Notes: a model not told the origin generated them from the letters alone. A DNA stretch of 63,496 nt, filler included, from Octopus bimaculoides (GCF_001194135.2; 5 parts of 5 records of this genome joined end to end with filler, not necessarily neighbours in it); one strand, 5' to 3'; shown: positions 37,131 to 50,785, counted from the whole stretch's first letter. Made by a program: numbers and translations.

Positions 37131-40100
37131 AAAGCGCTCATGATCCTTTTCAGATCTGTTTGAGTGGTAGGAGGAATGTAATAAGTTATCTTCACACCAA
37201 AGACTTGGCCTTAATATTCGTAATAGAGTTTACTCTGCTAAAGGCATCTAAATGGGTGACAAATAACACCACCGAATAACAGAAGCGATCGTGCCGTCTA
37301 CCAAATTACCCATCAAAGAAAGCTTTTCTCTCCACAAGACTCCAATGGAATCGAACTCGAAACCGCATAATTGCGAAACAAACTTCTTAAGCTCACAGTC
37401 ATACTTGTGAACGCATAGCTCTATATTATCAAACCATCATTAGTTCTCTGTGCAATTTTTAGAAATATGCTGTATTTAACAGCTTCTATGTTAATTGCAT
37501 TATAATTACGATGCGTCAAGATGGTATAAAAATACTTTTGGCGTCGACAACCCGTGAAAGAATTGGAAAATCTTCACTCATTTCAGATTGAGTCGATTGA
37601 CAGTTTTATAGCAAATAATACCTGATATATTATCATGCTAAATTATTTGAAACAATACTAATTAAATTTTGATAAGAAACTGTTATCGACATGGTTTCTT
37701 ATGAATGATGGGAAGCATGTTCCCTTAATGTAGCAGGCACCAGATAGCTTCTTATTAAATACAGAGATAACTGAAGGAATGTGTAAATATTTGAGATAAG
37801 ACGTTATTTGCTTTTGTTTTTGAAATCTGGTTCTTAGTTCTTTCCAGCACATTGTCATGCAATATAATTTCAGCGTGTGAAATGTTTGCATGTGGATCTT
37901 TGTGAGTGTATTTTTAAATAATGAGATATAATTTTAAAGTATTAAGAATATATTACATTTCGTGAGAAAATTGACTACGTAATTAGTTGCAAAACAAGGA
38001 AAATATTAAACTAGACTGGGACGAGCCAACATTATATATCTAAAGATAGATTGAATTTAGTTCTAAAGGAAATAGTTTTATCTATTTGGCATGGATTATG
38101 AGTTTTGTCTATGTTCTCTTCTTAAAATTTAATTACTGATTGAAGTTGAAACTGATCAGTAGTACTGACTAGGTATTGTTGTTTGAGCAAAGATGCGATG
38201 ATACATTTGTATGTATTTGTGAGCAAGTGCATGCGTACTCATATAAGTCAGTATCGCTCTCTTTGGGTTGCACATCGTATCTAAATATTGATATTGTCCT
38301 TTCTGAAGACTTTTCCTCAACCCTTAGTATTTTATTTTCTTCCTTTTTGAATATATTCCAATCTGTCAAGTATTACTTCATCGATAGGATGGGACACACT
38401 GGAACTGTCTGGACTTAGTTAAACTTATGTCGTCATTCTTCCATATGAGATAAATCTTGATGTATCACAGTTAATGCAGAAATTCCCGTTGATGTTTATA
38501 CTTTTTGTTCTACTGTTTGTTATAGATTTCTGCAAGTGTCCCAGAATCACCAAAGTTTGGCTTTATAGTTGATAGTTCAAACTTCGTTTAGTAGATGAAC
38601 TAGTTGAAGAAAAATAGTTTTAAAAACAGTTTTGACTGAGACCTGGTGATATATTCTCGCATCACTTAACGTTTCTTACAATTTACCTACCGATCCAATA
38701 TTATCGTCATTTGCAGGCTATTTATAGCATTCGTCTTCGAGGAGAGAGATTATTAAGACATACATATCGATAGATCTTTAACATGCAGTAAATCGTGTTA
38801 TTTTGACGACCATATATCCAGGGGAAAAAAACACTCAATGAACATGTCAAAGTGTTTTTCGGTACCATAAATATAACTAAAATTCAGCTTTAGTTTATCA
38901 ACAGAGTAAAGCATTCTGGATTTTCTTCTCTGTCAATCATTACCAAAAACAAGTGTGACGAAAGGCTGCCACTTTGAAATATTCGGAAGTATTCTCATTG
39001 ATAACCTTGATATTTATTATGACTACTGTAACTACTTTAGTTTTTCTATGAACTCTATACCAGTCACTTCTTGTAAGATATTGACTATATTAGTTAGGAT
39101 TTTGTCATACATCTAGTAACTATACGTGAAGGATAGTGTCAAGTGTCACAATATAGCGTATAATTGTTGTGACGAGAAATATTAACCGCTTTTCGCCAGA
39201 ATAATTATTTTCATAAGTCCAATCGAAAGGTAGTCCTGGACACGTCTTTCAACTGTAAAATACAATAAGAATGAAAAAATATCCAATCATATAGCTTTCA
39301 TAACAGGCACACTGGAAATTACATTCCTAAGTTTTCTGAAATCCCAGCTCAATGAAACAAAGACTCACTTTGCTTACGACTTTCACTTCATCTTCAATAT
39401 TCAGTCATATGGCAGATTGCACCGGTTAAAGAAATGCAGAAGTTTTGCCCTCGCGGACATATTTCCAATGCAGCAGAGTTGTTTACAGATTCTATTTACA
39501 GTCACAAAACCAGCAACCAGGCGAAAACATTCAAATTTATGTTAGTTTTATTCGTCCCTGCTAAACACTGCAGCATTCAAGGTGTAACAGCTAATTGCTT
39601 TCGTAAATCTCTACTAAGCTTAGTAATGAGTAATTTATTTTATTTTTCCTGTTTTATCTAGTGAATTGATTGCCAAGAGCCTTTATTTTTAGCTATTTCG
39701 TATATACCCGAATATAGCTATTGCCCTGGAAATACTCTTTGAGGTCATTTCATAATTTTCGATCCCTATATACGCCAACCGCAATTTTAGCTATTTTAAT
39801 CAAAAGATGTTTGCAGCTTTTTTTTTATTAGTAACAAAATTCAATGGAAATTAGTTACTAATTAATTTTGTAGTGTAGCTATCTATACTCGAGAACTAAT
39901 TTCTATTTTATGAACGCTGATTCTGCGGTTGAAATAGTTCGATTTGCTTTCAATGTAACTCTTGACCTTTGCTTATTGATCCATCACCAGGGATATTAAA
40001 TATCAATTCATATGACATTCCGCCATAGAAGCAATCACCAAATTGAACTGTAAGTTCGTGCTTAACTTAGCTCTTATATTCTCATTGTTCAAAAATATAT

Positions 40101-40375
40101 TATTAAACTATGCTGCCATTCTTGAAATGATACTCGACCTAGAGTTTTTATTGAATAGCAAATCTGTCTTTTACAGTCTCTGTATGAAGACTTGTTCATT
40201 GATAAATGGAAATAAACAATAAATGATAGACTGTAATAGACAGGTGGCTACCGCAAAATTTCATTATAATATATTTAAATACATGCATACATACATACAT
40301 ACATATAAACGTATGTATATAATATAGATATATACATATATGCACATACATACATACATATAAACGTATGTATAT

Positions 40376-40413
<38 letters not shown>

Positions 40414-41046
40414 TANNNNNNNNNNNNNNNNNNNNNNNNNNNNNNNNNNNNNNNNNNNNTTAATTAATTAANNNNNNNNNNNNNNNNNNNNNNNNNNNNN
40501 NNNNNNNNNNNNNNNCAGTTATGAAAAAAACAGAAAACCCGTCCAGTACTCATTTAATATTTATAAAAACGAATGAAAAAGTTACAATAAAAGTATTATC
40601 GTAGTTATGATCAACGTATTATGATTCATGACACTGAGAATATCAAAACTGAGGCTAATTAATTTAATCTGCTAATAATGTTAATGAATTGCGTTGATGT
40701 GATACTAACTGTATACCTACTTTTGCATTCCCCTGTGTGTTTATATATATATAGACTCCTCACTCGTATCACTGTCGAACCAAGAGTTAAACCAGAGTCT
40801 ATCCATAGCACTTACTTAGCGTTACCTGACACTCTTTGGGTCTTCTAGACACCAATACCTCTCATACTCTCGGTTTTCTCGCTAATTCAAGCACTTATTT
40901 CAGGTAACGCTTTCATAATGGCTAAACAATTCCTTGGTACCTCTCTTAAGGACATACCTATTCCTTCACAAAAAAATACTATTTCATTATAAATGTCCTG
41001 AAAACTCTTCTCAGCCTGGGATTTGTTATCTCATTTGTTCTAATAC

Positions 41047-41087
<41 letters not shown>

Positions 41088-41353
41088 GTACTATATATAT
41101 ATATATATAATATGAGAATTTGTTTTTGAGAATGCGCCTGAATTTGAAAAAAACTTGTAGTTGTTTTTGAATAAATTTATTTACATACATACCAAACTAG
41201 TTTCAACAAGTTTTTGTTTATCAATGATACAAATATATATAAAAGGATGGGAGATTAAGAGAAAATTCAATGGAAGGGGTAGATGAAATCAAAAATGATC
41301 GGCGAAGAATATTTAAAATATCGATTACTAAAAGTTTGGTTACATTGAGTTAT

Positions 41354-41739
41354 TATCATGACACACTGTCGGTTACGACGACGAGGGTTCCAGTTGATCC
41401 GATCAACGGAACAGCCTGCTCGTGAAATTAACCTGAAAGTGGCTGAGCACTCCACACACACGTGTACCCTTAACGTAGTTCTCGGGGAGATTCAGTGTGA
41501 CACAGAGTGTGACAAAGCTGTCCCTTTGAAATACAGGCACAACAGAAACAGGATGTAAGAGTGAGAGAAAGTTGTGGTGAAAGAGTTCAGCAGGGTTCGC
41601 CACCACCCTCTGCCGGAGCCTCGTGGAGCTTTAGGTGTTTTCGCTCAATAAACACTCACAACGCCCGGTCTGGGAATCGAAACCGCGATCCTATGACCAC
41701 CAGTCCGCTACCCTAACCACTGGGCTATTGCGCCTCATC
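41354..41739 (-). mobile_element. tRNA-derived SINE family B, full length
   Basis: Highly similar to 13417-13782; flanked by tgagttat at 41346-41353 and 41740-41747 (putative TSD). Confidence 0.92.
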
Positions 41740-42165
41740 TGAGTTATAGAATACGTTGACAAGAGAGAGAAAGAAGAAAAGAAGAGAGTAAACAAATGGG
41801 CTGTTTTTGTTTTACAGTTTCTGTCATCTTGCGTATAGTTTTTTTTTTTTTTTTNNNNNNNNNNCGTATAGTTTTTTTTTTTTTTCCGTTGCGTACAGAG
41901 CTTATCGTTTTTATCGCAACGGATCTAATTTTTGATTCCTAATAATTCTCATCACGTCTTATTCTTTCTGGCGGTCAAGTGTGGCGTTCTGTTTGGTTGA
42001 CTTCCATGTAGGGAATGATCATCACCGGTTGGTTGATTTTCTTAAGGCGTCAGTTTTTGTTTTGTCTTTTTTTTTTCCTTTTCTTGAATATTAGCACAAC
42101 TTCGATCAGAGTTGTGCTAATATTCAATATTAATCATTATGTTATCGATGTTAATGGAAAAGCAT

Positions 42166-42381
42166 AAGGCAGTGAGCTGCTAGAACCGTTAACACACCGG
42201 ACGAAATGTTTAGCGGAATTTCGTCCGTCTTTACGTTCTGAGTTCAAATTCCTCCGAGTTCAACTTTACCTTTCATCCTTTCGTGTTCGATAAAATATCA
42301 GTCGAGTCCCAGGGTCAATGTAATCAACGTCCCCCTCCCCTCAAAAACTGCTCATCTTCTGGCAAAATTTGAAACCGTTAT
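42166..42381 (+). mobile_element. SINE family A, near full length
   Basis: ggcagtgagctgctagaaccgttaacacaccggacgaaatg...gttctgagttcaaattc...ttgaaaccgtta. Confidence 0.88.
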
Positions 42382-42514
42382 CGGAGAGGCATGAAAGTTA
42401 CAAACGCTCAGCCCTCCACAGCATTATATCAGATGAAATAATTAATCAAGCGAGAATTATATTCTGACTCTGTAATAAATTTATTTCTTGATTACACGTG
42501 ACACATTCCTCGAA

Positions 42515-42820
42515 TCGTGTCCTTGACATTCATGCTTTTAATGACCTTGACCTTCTAATTCAAGTCAATGTCACTGAAACTGTCAGTCGTATTGACCCAA
42601 TATCTTTCCCTACTTCTGTTCGATTATATAACCTTGACATTGTACTAGATTTAACCTTGACTTTGAGACATTCCTTAAGGTCATTGCTTTACTTCTTTTT
42701 TTATAAGTTTTCTTGTCATAAGTTTTCGACTTTAACCCTTGACATTCTGTTTGTCGAATGTCCTTGAATTTCTTTCAACCACGTTATTGACCGGCCTTTG
42801 ACTGCGTCCTTGACCTTGTA
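42515..42820 (-). repeat. Loose cluster of CCTTGAC/TGACCTT motifs
   Basis: About 7 ccttga(c) motifs, reverse complement of the 43.5-43.9 kb array core. Confidence 0.6.
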
Positions 42821-43534
42821 GCTGCCCTTCAATATTTAAAAGGTGGCCATGTTACACGGAAATCATGGGGAGGGTGAAACGGTAGTGGTTGGTTAATTAG
42901 GGGGTAGGTGAATTGATAGTTGTGGAGTTGAGTGTTGGTGGAAGGATGGCGTGTGAGTGGAGGTGAAGAGATGAGCGTGAGTGGGGCAGTGGTGGTGGCT
43001 GTTGAGAATTTGTGTTCTGGGGGGGGGAGATTAGTAGTAGTGTAGGCTATGTATTAGTGGTGAGTGTTGAAGTGTTGTTTGCAGTGCTACTAGTGTCTGA
43101 GGTGATGGTCATTAGAGACAACTGCCTTGTGATTGTATGGCTTGCTGTAGGGTTATGAGGATGGCGTGTAATACTAAATATGTTGTTGTTGTTGTTGTGG
43201 TGCTGGTCGTCGTCCTCGTCGTCGTCGTTTATTGAGAAGGCAGGGCAGTGACCTTGACTGTCGCAGTCACCTCTCTGACAGACCAGTTCAGGGTGAGTCG
43301 AGGCATATGGCTCTGACCTTCCGCACTGACCAGATTATTAGTCAGTAGGGTCCAGAGACCACTTCACAGTAAAGAGAGAAAGCCATTCCTGGGTATTGTA
43401 GCCTTGCTGATTGGAAGAGATCACAGATCCAGTTGAGCAGAATTATAATCAAAGGCAATCCAACTGCGACCATCCATGACGACATTATCCAATTTCCTTC
43501 TTTATTCTTAAAGTATTTTTAAAGATTACAACAA

Positions 43535-43915
43535 TCAAGGTCACTGATCAGATCAAGGACAATGGTGAAGATCAAGTACAGCAGTAAAGGTCAAGGACAA
43601 TAACAAAAGGTCAATGACAATAGTAAAGGTCAAGGACGATGGTTAAGGTCAAGAACAATAGTTAAGTCCAAGGACTATGGTTAAGGTCAAACAGAATGGT
43701 TAAAGTCAAGGATAATTTTTAAGGTCAAGGACGATGGTTAAGGTCACGAAGAATGGTTAAAGACAAGGTTATTTGTTAAGGTCAAGGACAATGATTAAGG
43801 TCAAGAGCAGCGATACAGTGGAAGCCATCCGTATGGCCGAATGCACTCCTATATTCCCAAGGTCATTAATAAGGTCAAATATATTAACAAGATCTCGAAC
43901 ACTTACAAGGTCAAG
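43535..43915 (+). repeat. 19-bp minisatellite (AAGGTCAAGGACAATGGTT)n
   Basis: About 14 tandem units at 43535-43805 plus three trailing AAGGTCA motifs to 43915. Confidence 0.92.
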
Positions 43916-45070
43916 GACACGTACAAATTTTTTTAATAAATGTGTTAATATTGATGAATGATAAATTATCATCGATTTATAATTTGAAATGATTGGGTTT
44001 TTTGTTGCAGGGACATATCGAAGAGGACATTTGAAATCCCCCACTCAGCTGTTTTAGATGGTTTTATACATGCTGGAGGAAAACTAGCAGAACTCTGAGT
44101 ATTTCACTAATCGTAGACTGATTAGTGTCACATGGATCAGGCGTTGGGTTGTATGCGTGGGAGTACGGTGGAAAACGGCGAGTAGGAAGGGATGGGACGA
44201 TAACGGTGCGTGTACAAATGGAAATATTTGAGGAGAGACTGGGGCTAGATTGGAGAATAAGATTAAACGGGCCTGAATAGGCTGTGTGTCTGTCTGACAG
44301 TAGTAGTAGTAGTAGTAGTAGTAGCAGCAGCAGCGGCAATCATGGTGGTGGTGGTGGTGGTGTTGGCAGTACTAACAGTCAATTGTTTATTTCCTGAGGG
44401 TCCGGCTCTGATCGAAGGTAAAATTTCATTGGTCCAGCGATAAGTGACGTCGGCAACTGGTGTATGGTGTTATTGTATAGTGATTTGGAATTGCGGTTTC
44501 AAAACCCTGGAGGAAGACGGTTACTTTCTAGCAATTGTCTTTCACGTAATTGAATACCAAATTTGCAAACAATTCAAAAGTTTTATATAAAATGAGTGTG
44601 TGTAGATGTTATGTATAACAATAATCATGTATCTACGAGGAAGGACACACACGCATACACACACACACACATGCACACACGCACACATATTCATTCATTC
44701 AAGTTTGTGCTTGTGTCATGTTATATATAAAAATAGTCTAACGTTCAACGTTGGTGTTTCTGTAGAATAATGAAATGGAAACTAATTTTTAAAAGAAGAA
44801 TATTAGTTTAAAATAAGATATGAAAGAAAATGTTTTAGGAGAGAAAATGTGTAATAAATACACACACGCGTATATANNNNNNNNNNNNNNNNNNNNNNNN
44901 NNNNNNNNNNNNNNNNNNNNNNNNNNNNNNNNNNNNNNNNNNNNNNNNNNNNNNNNNNNNNNNNNNNNNNNNNNNNNNNNNNNNNNNNNNNNNNNNNNNN
45001 NNNNNNNNNNNNNNNNNNNNNNNNNNNNNNNNNNNNNNNNNNNNNNNNNNNNNNNNNNNNNNNNNNNNNN

Positions 45071-45116
<46 letters not shown>

Positions 45117-45435
45117 TCACACACACACGTTCACACACACACGCACGCGCTTGCACACATACACACGCACACACACTTGTCTGACTGATAAATGTCAAGA
45201 GCTGTCAAGAGCGGTTATCGTTAAACGAAAGCCTATTTAATAATTACACAACAAACATCTCAAGTGTATTTACGATAATAGAAGAGGATAAAGACTGATT
45301 GGGACTGGCAACTGCTGAATTGAGTTCCTAAGGAAGACAAACTATTTATGGACATTACAACGGGAGACAACTCCCTACAGGTTTCCCCTTTTCTCTAACA
45401 GATTTCATCAGTGGGACATATGTAGATACTCCGTT

Positions 45436-45519
45436 GGCGGCGAGCTGGCAGAAACGTTAGCACGCCGGGCGAAATGCTTCGCGGCATTTCGTCTGCCGCT
45501 ACGTTCTGAGTTCAAATTC
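45436..45519 (+). mobile_element. SINE family A, 5' portion
   Basis: ggcggcgagctggcagaaacgttagcacgccgggcgaaatgc...gttctgagttcaaattc. Confidence 0.88.
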
Positions 45520-46759
45520 AATACAGACACTATTCCGGGAATACGGACACTAACAAATGGTGAATGCAGCAACGCTCTACGACGGCGCATGCCCCAACAC
45601 CTGACCTGAATATATTGCATCATATTCCTGATATTGCATCATATTCCACATATATACGCACATACATACATACATACATACATACAAGCGTTCAGCTGGT
45701 ACTCCGTCGGATGCGATGACGAGTGTTCTAATTGATCCCATCAACAGAACAGCCAGCGCCTTAAATAATAATTATTATTGTATGCATGCCATATTTTTAC
45801 TATATTTCCTGATAATACTCAATATAACAAAAATATATTTCCAGAGTGATTTGTCATATGACGGACAACAGTCTAGCTTGTGTGTATCCGTGTGTCCGTG
45901 TGTCCGTGTGCGTACGTGCGAGCGTCCGTCCGTCCGTACGTACGTGCCTGCGAGCGTAAACCGGTACACTGATTTGACTGTCTGCTATGAGAATAACTTC
46001 TTCCTCACCCTCACATCCCAACCACCCATTCCATGAGGCCCTGGTCCTTCTCTGTAAGCAAGTCCTACTCCCTCCCATCGTTTTCTTTCAATAATTTCCC
46101 ACAGAACAAAAAGTCTACATTCTTACTAGAACAGCGATAAAATATGAAATGAAGTCACAACGTATTCCACTCCACACTAAACACAGAAACGCTCGCTTTA
46201 CAAATTCTACAAAGCCGGGTTTGTTTACATAGTTACCAGCCACTGACGTCATATTCTCTCTGCTTGCCATTTTAGCTCGGAGCCAAAAATTTTTTTTTTT
46301 AAAGTGCCGAAAGACATTAGAAATATTCTATTCCTGTATTCTGTATTTAAAATAAATCAACTTAAAGTGCCAATTAGCACCAGCTCACACACGATACTTA
46401 TGGGTTTTTTAATTGGAATCAACGTCACCAGTTAATCATCCCACTTCTCTTTTAAACAGGAAACTTCGGAGTTATTAAAAATTAATGGATGTGTTTGCAC
46501 ATGTNNNNNNNNNNNNNNNNNNNNNNNNNNNNNNNNNNNNNNNNNNNNNNNNNNNNNNNNNNNNNNNNNNNNNNNNNNNNNNNNNNNNNNNNNNNNNNNN
46601 NNNNNNNNNNNNNNNNNNNNNNNNNNNNNNNNNNNNNNNNNNNNNNNNNNNNNNNNNNNNNNNNNNNNNNNNNNNTGGGTGTGTGTAGGTGTGTGTGTGT
46701 GCGTGTAGGTGTGTTTCAAGGTCGCTACTAAGGTCACAGGAAGGTATTGCATCATGTTT

Positions 46760-46935
46760 CTCTTTTGTTCGTCTTCTTGCTTTAGTCATTGGACTGCGGC
46801 CATACTGGGGCAGACCAGTATCTATTTTTCAAGTCTGGTATTTATTCCAGCGAACGCTACCGGCCGAACTGCAAAGTCACGCGGACATAAAGAAACCAAC
46901 ACCGGTTGACAAGCGGTGGGGAAGACAAACACAAT
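46760..46935 (-). mobile_element. SINE family C, 3' portion
   Basis: agtcattggactgcggccatactgggg...accaacaccggttgacaagcggtgg matches 63020-63200. Confidence 0.75.
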
Positions 46936-47559
46936 AATATTGCGCACACATCACACATACAAGCATGCGTACATACATACAAACTTAGAAATGTACATAT
47001 GCTTAATGTGTATGTATATNNNNNNNNNNNNNNNNNNNNNNNNNNNNNNNNNNNNNNNNNNNNNNNNNNNNNNNNNNNNNNNNNNNNNNNNNNNNNNNNN
47101 NNNNNNNNNNNNNNNNNNNNNNNNNNNNNNNNNNNNNNNNNNNNNNNNNNNNNNNNNNNNNNNNNNNNNNNNNNNNNNNNNNNNNNNNNNNNNNNNNNNN
47201 NNNNNNNNNNNNNNNNNNNNNNNNNNNNNNNNNNNNNNNNNNNNNNNNNNNNNNNNNNNNNNNNNNNNNNNNNNNNNNNNNNNNNNNNNNNNNNNNNNNN
47301 NNNACATACATACATATATACATGCATACACATATACGTGTATAAATATGAACAAATATTTGTTTTTTTATAGGCGTCGAAATGTGTAATCGCAGATCAC
47401 TTTACGTTAATAACAATCAACTTCTTTCATTCAAATTGATAATGGCTGAAGACTAGCATCACTTTTGAAACTCGGAGTACCAACGAATTTGAATCAAACT
47501 GTTTTGATCCATACATGTAACTCCCAATAAACGAGTATCTTTCTTTCGTTTGTCCATAC

Positions 47560-47780
47560 ACTCGTGTGTGTGTGTTGAGCAAAACACTTCATCTCTTATT
47601 GCTCTGGGATCACCTCCACACCTGACGCGCGGCACACTGTGCACCTGTTCATGCAACGTCGTCGATTTGATGGAGGGAGTGAACCAGTGGGCGGCACATA
47701 CATTTGATCACAATAAACGAATCATTTGTGCGGTCGTTCGGCGAAAGCTGAACGCTCATATATCGTCTTCGACGGGAGAC
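47560..47780 (+). mobile_element. CORE-like SINE body
   Basis: gtgttgagcaaaacacttcatctcttattgctc CORE-like segment followed by a GC-balanced tail. Confidence 0.55.
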
Positions 47781-48752
47781 TCAATCATTGCATATACATA
47801 CATACTACGGGCTTCGTCTACCATTTTCCCTCTAACAAATTCATTTCACTCGCCGCACAGTGAAACCGAACCCGAAGCTATTCACTTGTGAAACGGAAGC
47901 CATACCCCGAAAGACACTACTCTCACACGACATTATTGTCCATTTACGTAGGACGATACTGTCGAATATATTGCAAGCATGGTAGACCCACACTTCAGTG
48001 TTGCACAGGTATCTGAATCGGTACAACACAATCATACCTTAACTTGTTTCTCATGTATCTAGGACAACATCCATTCTGTCTCTACAAACATCCTAGACCC
48101 ACATAACAAACCTGCTCACCGATCTCAGACAGTACTGTTATTACGTACAAGGCATCGTAGTGCACGTAACAGTACGGCTCACCTACCTGCGACAACACTG
48201 CTGTTATATTTCTAAAATATTACAGACCACATTATAGGACAGCATATATAACCGGGACAGTTTATATACACGTACATAATAGATCTTCATTATTGCTCCC
48301 CTATTTAGAGCAGAACTGCTATTGCATACACGAAGTCTAGAGGCACGTTACAGAACTCATATATATGAGACTGTGCCGTTACTGTAAGCAAATTCTGAGT
48401 TATATCAGGAAAAGACTGTCCAATTGAATAACAATAATTCATTTACAAACTTAACCTCTGGGTCACCATACACTAGTTATTTCTTTTCCCTCTCACATTT
48501 ACTGTTTTTGCTTATTTTCCTCTCAACTAAACATTGAAGTGTCATAAACAGCCTAATCCACCAAGTGTATTTACATTCCTAAAACATCTTACCCTTAAAT
48601 TATTTGTCCCTAAAACTAAGATCCCATAGAATTCTGTGCCTACCCATGCTTTTCTTTACTTGCACCGCTGACCTATGGACGTTTGAAATTAAGATCTCCT
48701 TTGATCACAAGGACTTTGTGACTTGTTTCCAAATGACTGCATGAGAGAATAC

Positions 48753-48938
48753 TCGTTTCAAATTTTGGCACAAGGCCAGCAATTTCAGGGAAATGGCTAA
48801 GTCGATTTCATCAACGCCAGTTCTCAATTGGTCCTTATTTTATCGACCCCAAAAGATGAAAGGCAAAGTCGACATCGTCGAAATTTGAACTCAGAATGTA
48901 ACGACGGACGAAATATCGCTAAGCATTTTTCCCGGCCG
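48753..48938 (-). mobile_element. SINE family A
   Basis: ttatcgaccccaaaagatgaaaggcaaagtcgac...aatttgaactcagaatgtaacgacggacgaaat. Confidence 0.88.
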
Positions 48939-49920
48939 GTGTTCAGCCAGTCCTCCACTTTCGCATGGCAGAATATTACAAACTGCTTCATCGATATAAT
49001 TTTATCTCTTGAGCAGAACATATCAATCAAGCAATGACATCCACTTTACTTCTCGTTTTTATGATCGTGTCTTTCAAATCATCTCAGAGAATAACTTGGC
49101 TCCATTTTCCACACGTTCAGAGAAAAATTTGATAACCTTACGTATAAATCCAAAAGAGAAACTAACACAAAACCATGCTGTGTATGTATGGATATATTCC
49201 AATGTTGGTAGACTAAAAGCTGCAATTATTATAGTTGAAGGTTTGCTATATCTGGCTCCGCATAAGTTCCATATGTTTTGATGTTTATAAAACCTAATGA
49301 GATAAACCGCTAGAATTGGATTCCAATTAGGAAAACCTTCTGTTTCTGAGAATTGCCAATAACAATTTCACACATAACTCGGCCACAGTTCTGGAACGGT
49401 CTGTGAGGATTTCTAATTATTTTTATATATTTTTTTCACTTCCAACACCAAGGTTGTTGCTATTGTTGTTGCTGTAGTTTAACCATAGGTCTAACCTGAT
49501 CGAGCAAATCTTATGATCTAAAGTGGCGTTTTATGGACCTGGGACTCTGCTCACTGCCGTCACTTTCATTAAACGCCTCCACTCAGATATCATACCACAA
49601 TTACCAGTCCTTATTCCCCTGAGTGTCTCTGGGTTCCTTTCTCTTTTTTAATCAACAGTAGTTTTCCACAAGAGGAAGAGATTGTTCCTATGAACTTGAT
49701 GTCCCTCTTATATTTGTTTTCAAGGGAAACGTTAAATACGTTGACCCTAAGGGAGACAGAGGCCCTAACAATGCCATTGACCCAGTCCCTTACACCAGAC
49801 GAAACTTTTTTTCAAAAAGCGATAAGATTGTCCCAGATCTTATTTAGTTTACACACATACACAGACACACGCATACATACATACATGGATACATACATAC
49901 ATGTCTGTATATATGTATGT

Positions 49921-50283
49921 ATAATATAAGGCAAACGGAGAGTCTGAGCACACAAAATATCAATTTATTTATATAATAATCAATTTTGTGTCGCCTACGT
50001 ACGTTTCAACTTCTTACTTTCGTTCATATTTTCCAGTTAAGATTGCATTATGCATTTACAAGGTAAAAATCTCATCAGGGCAAAAAATTGACAAAAACTC
50101 ATTCCCATCCTAATGGATAGAGAGTTGCTTATCAACTCTCCATCCACCTTTTAAATGCATAATGCAATTTTAGTTGCAAAAGATGAATGAAGGTAAGAAA
50201 TTGAAACGTACGTAGGAGATTGACTATTATATAAATAATTTGATTTTTTCTGTGTTCAAACTCTCCATTTTCCTTATATTATT
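49921..50283. mobile_element. Palindromic MITE with ~140-bp arms
   Basis: ataatataaggcaaacggagagt...cctacgtacgtttcaa...ttgcattatgcattta is mirrored by 50146-50283. Confidence 0.9.
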
Positions 50284-50610
50284 AAAATTCTCTTCTCGTA
50301 TATCGAATGGAAGAAAACATATATAATGACTACTGGAACCTAATAAGTATTAACACTAACACAAATTAATGGATTGCAAGTATATTAATCGATGTGAAGC
50401 TAAACCGATGTACGCTTGGATAAAACGCATCTCCCTGTAAAAGAGTGTGTGTGTTCGCGTGAGTGAGTATGATACTGTGTGATATGGTAATTGCTGGTAG
50501 GAACATCTTATTTCGTTTTGCAAATAATAATACACTTCCAAGCATACTTGAAGGTTCATAAATCCATGCTGTGCCCTACTTTTGTGTTAGCAGTGCGATA
50601 CAATCCCTTT

Positions 50611-50785
50611 CAACCTTTTAACATTTAAACCGGCCATATCTGGCCAAAATACTGTATTCTTTTTTATATTCATATCAGTCAGATCCAGCCTCTCAAATCA
50701 ACCAGATCATGCATGATTATTAATTCGAAACAAATTGAATAAATAAGCTATACATTTGACAAAATACTTTGAATGCTAAAGGGAA
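50611..50785. mobile_element. Degenerate piggyBac-like MITE
   Basis: Ends aacctttt(a)acatttaaaccggccatatc ... tgaatgctaaaggg resemble CCCTTT/AAAGGG termini; TTAA sites are eroded. Confidence 0.5.

Noticed and set aside
38893-38996. Cadherin-like peptide EYFRI...IDREENPECFTLLIN on the minus strand
   Set aside because: Flanked by stops, with no correctly spaced DxNDNxPxF or AxDxD motifs; a chance match is likely.
43535-43805. CRISPR-like appearance of the 19-bp and 30-bp arrays
   Set aside because: Units are contiguous with no unique spacers, there are no cas genes, and the context is eukaryotic.
47960-48750. Possible RTE-type LINE remnant
   Set aside because: Only faint motif resemblance; too decayed to support as a feature.
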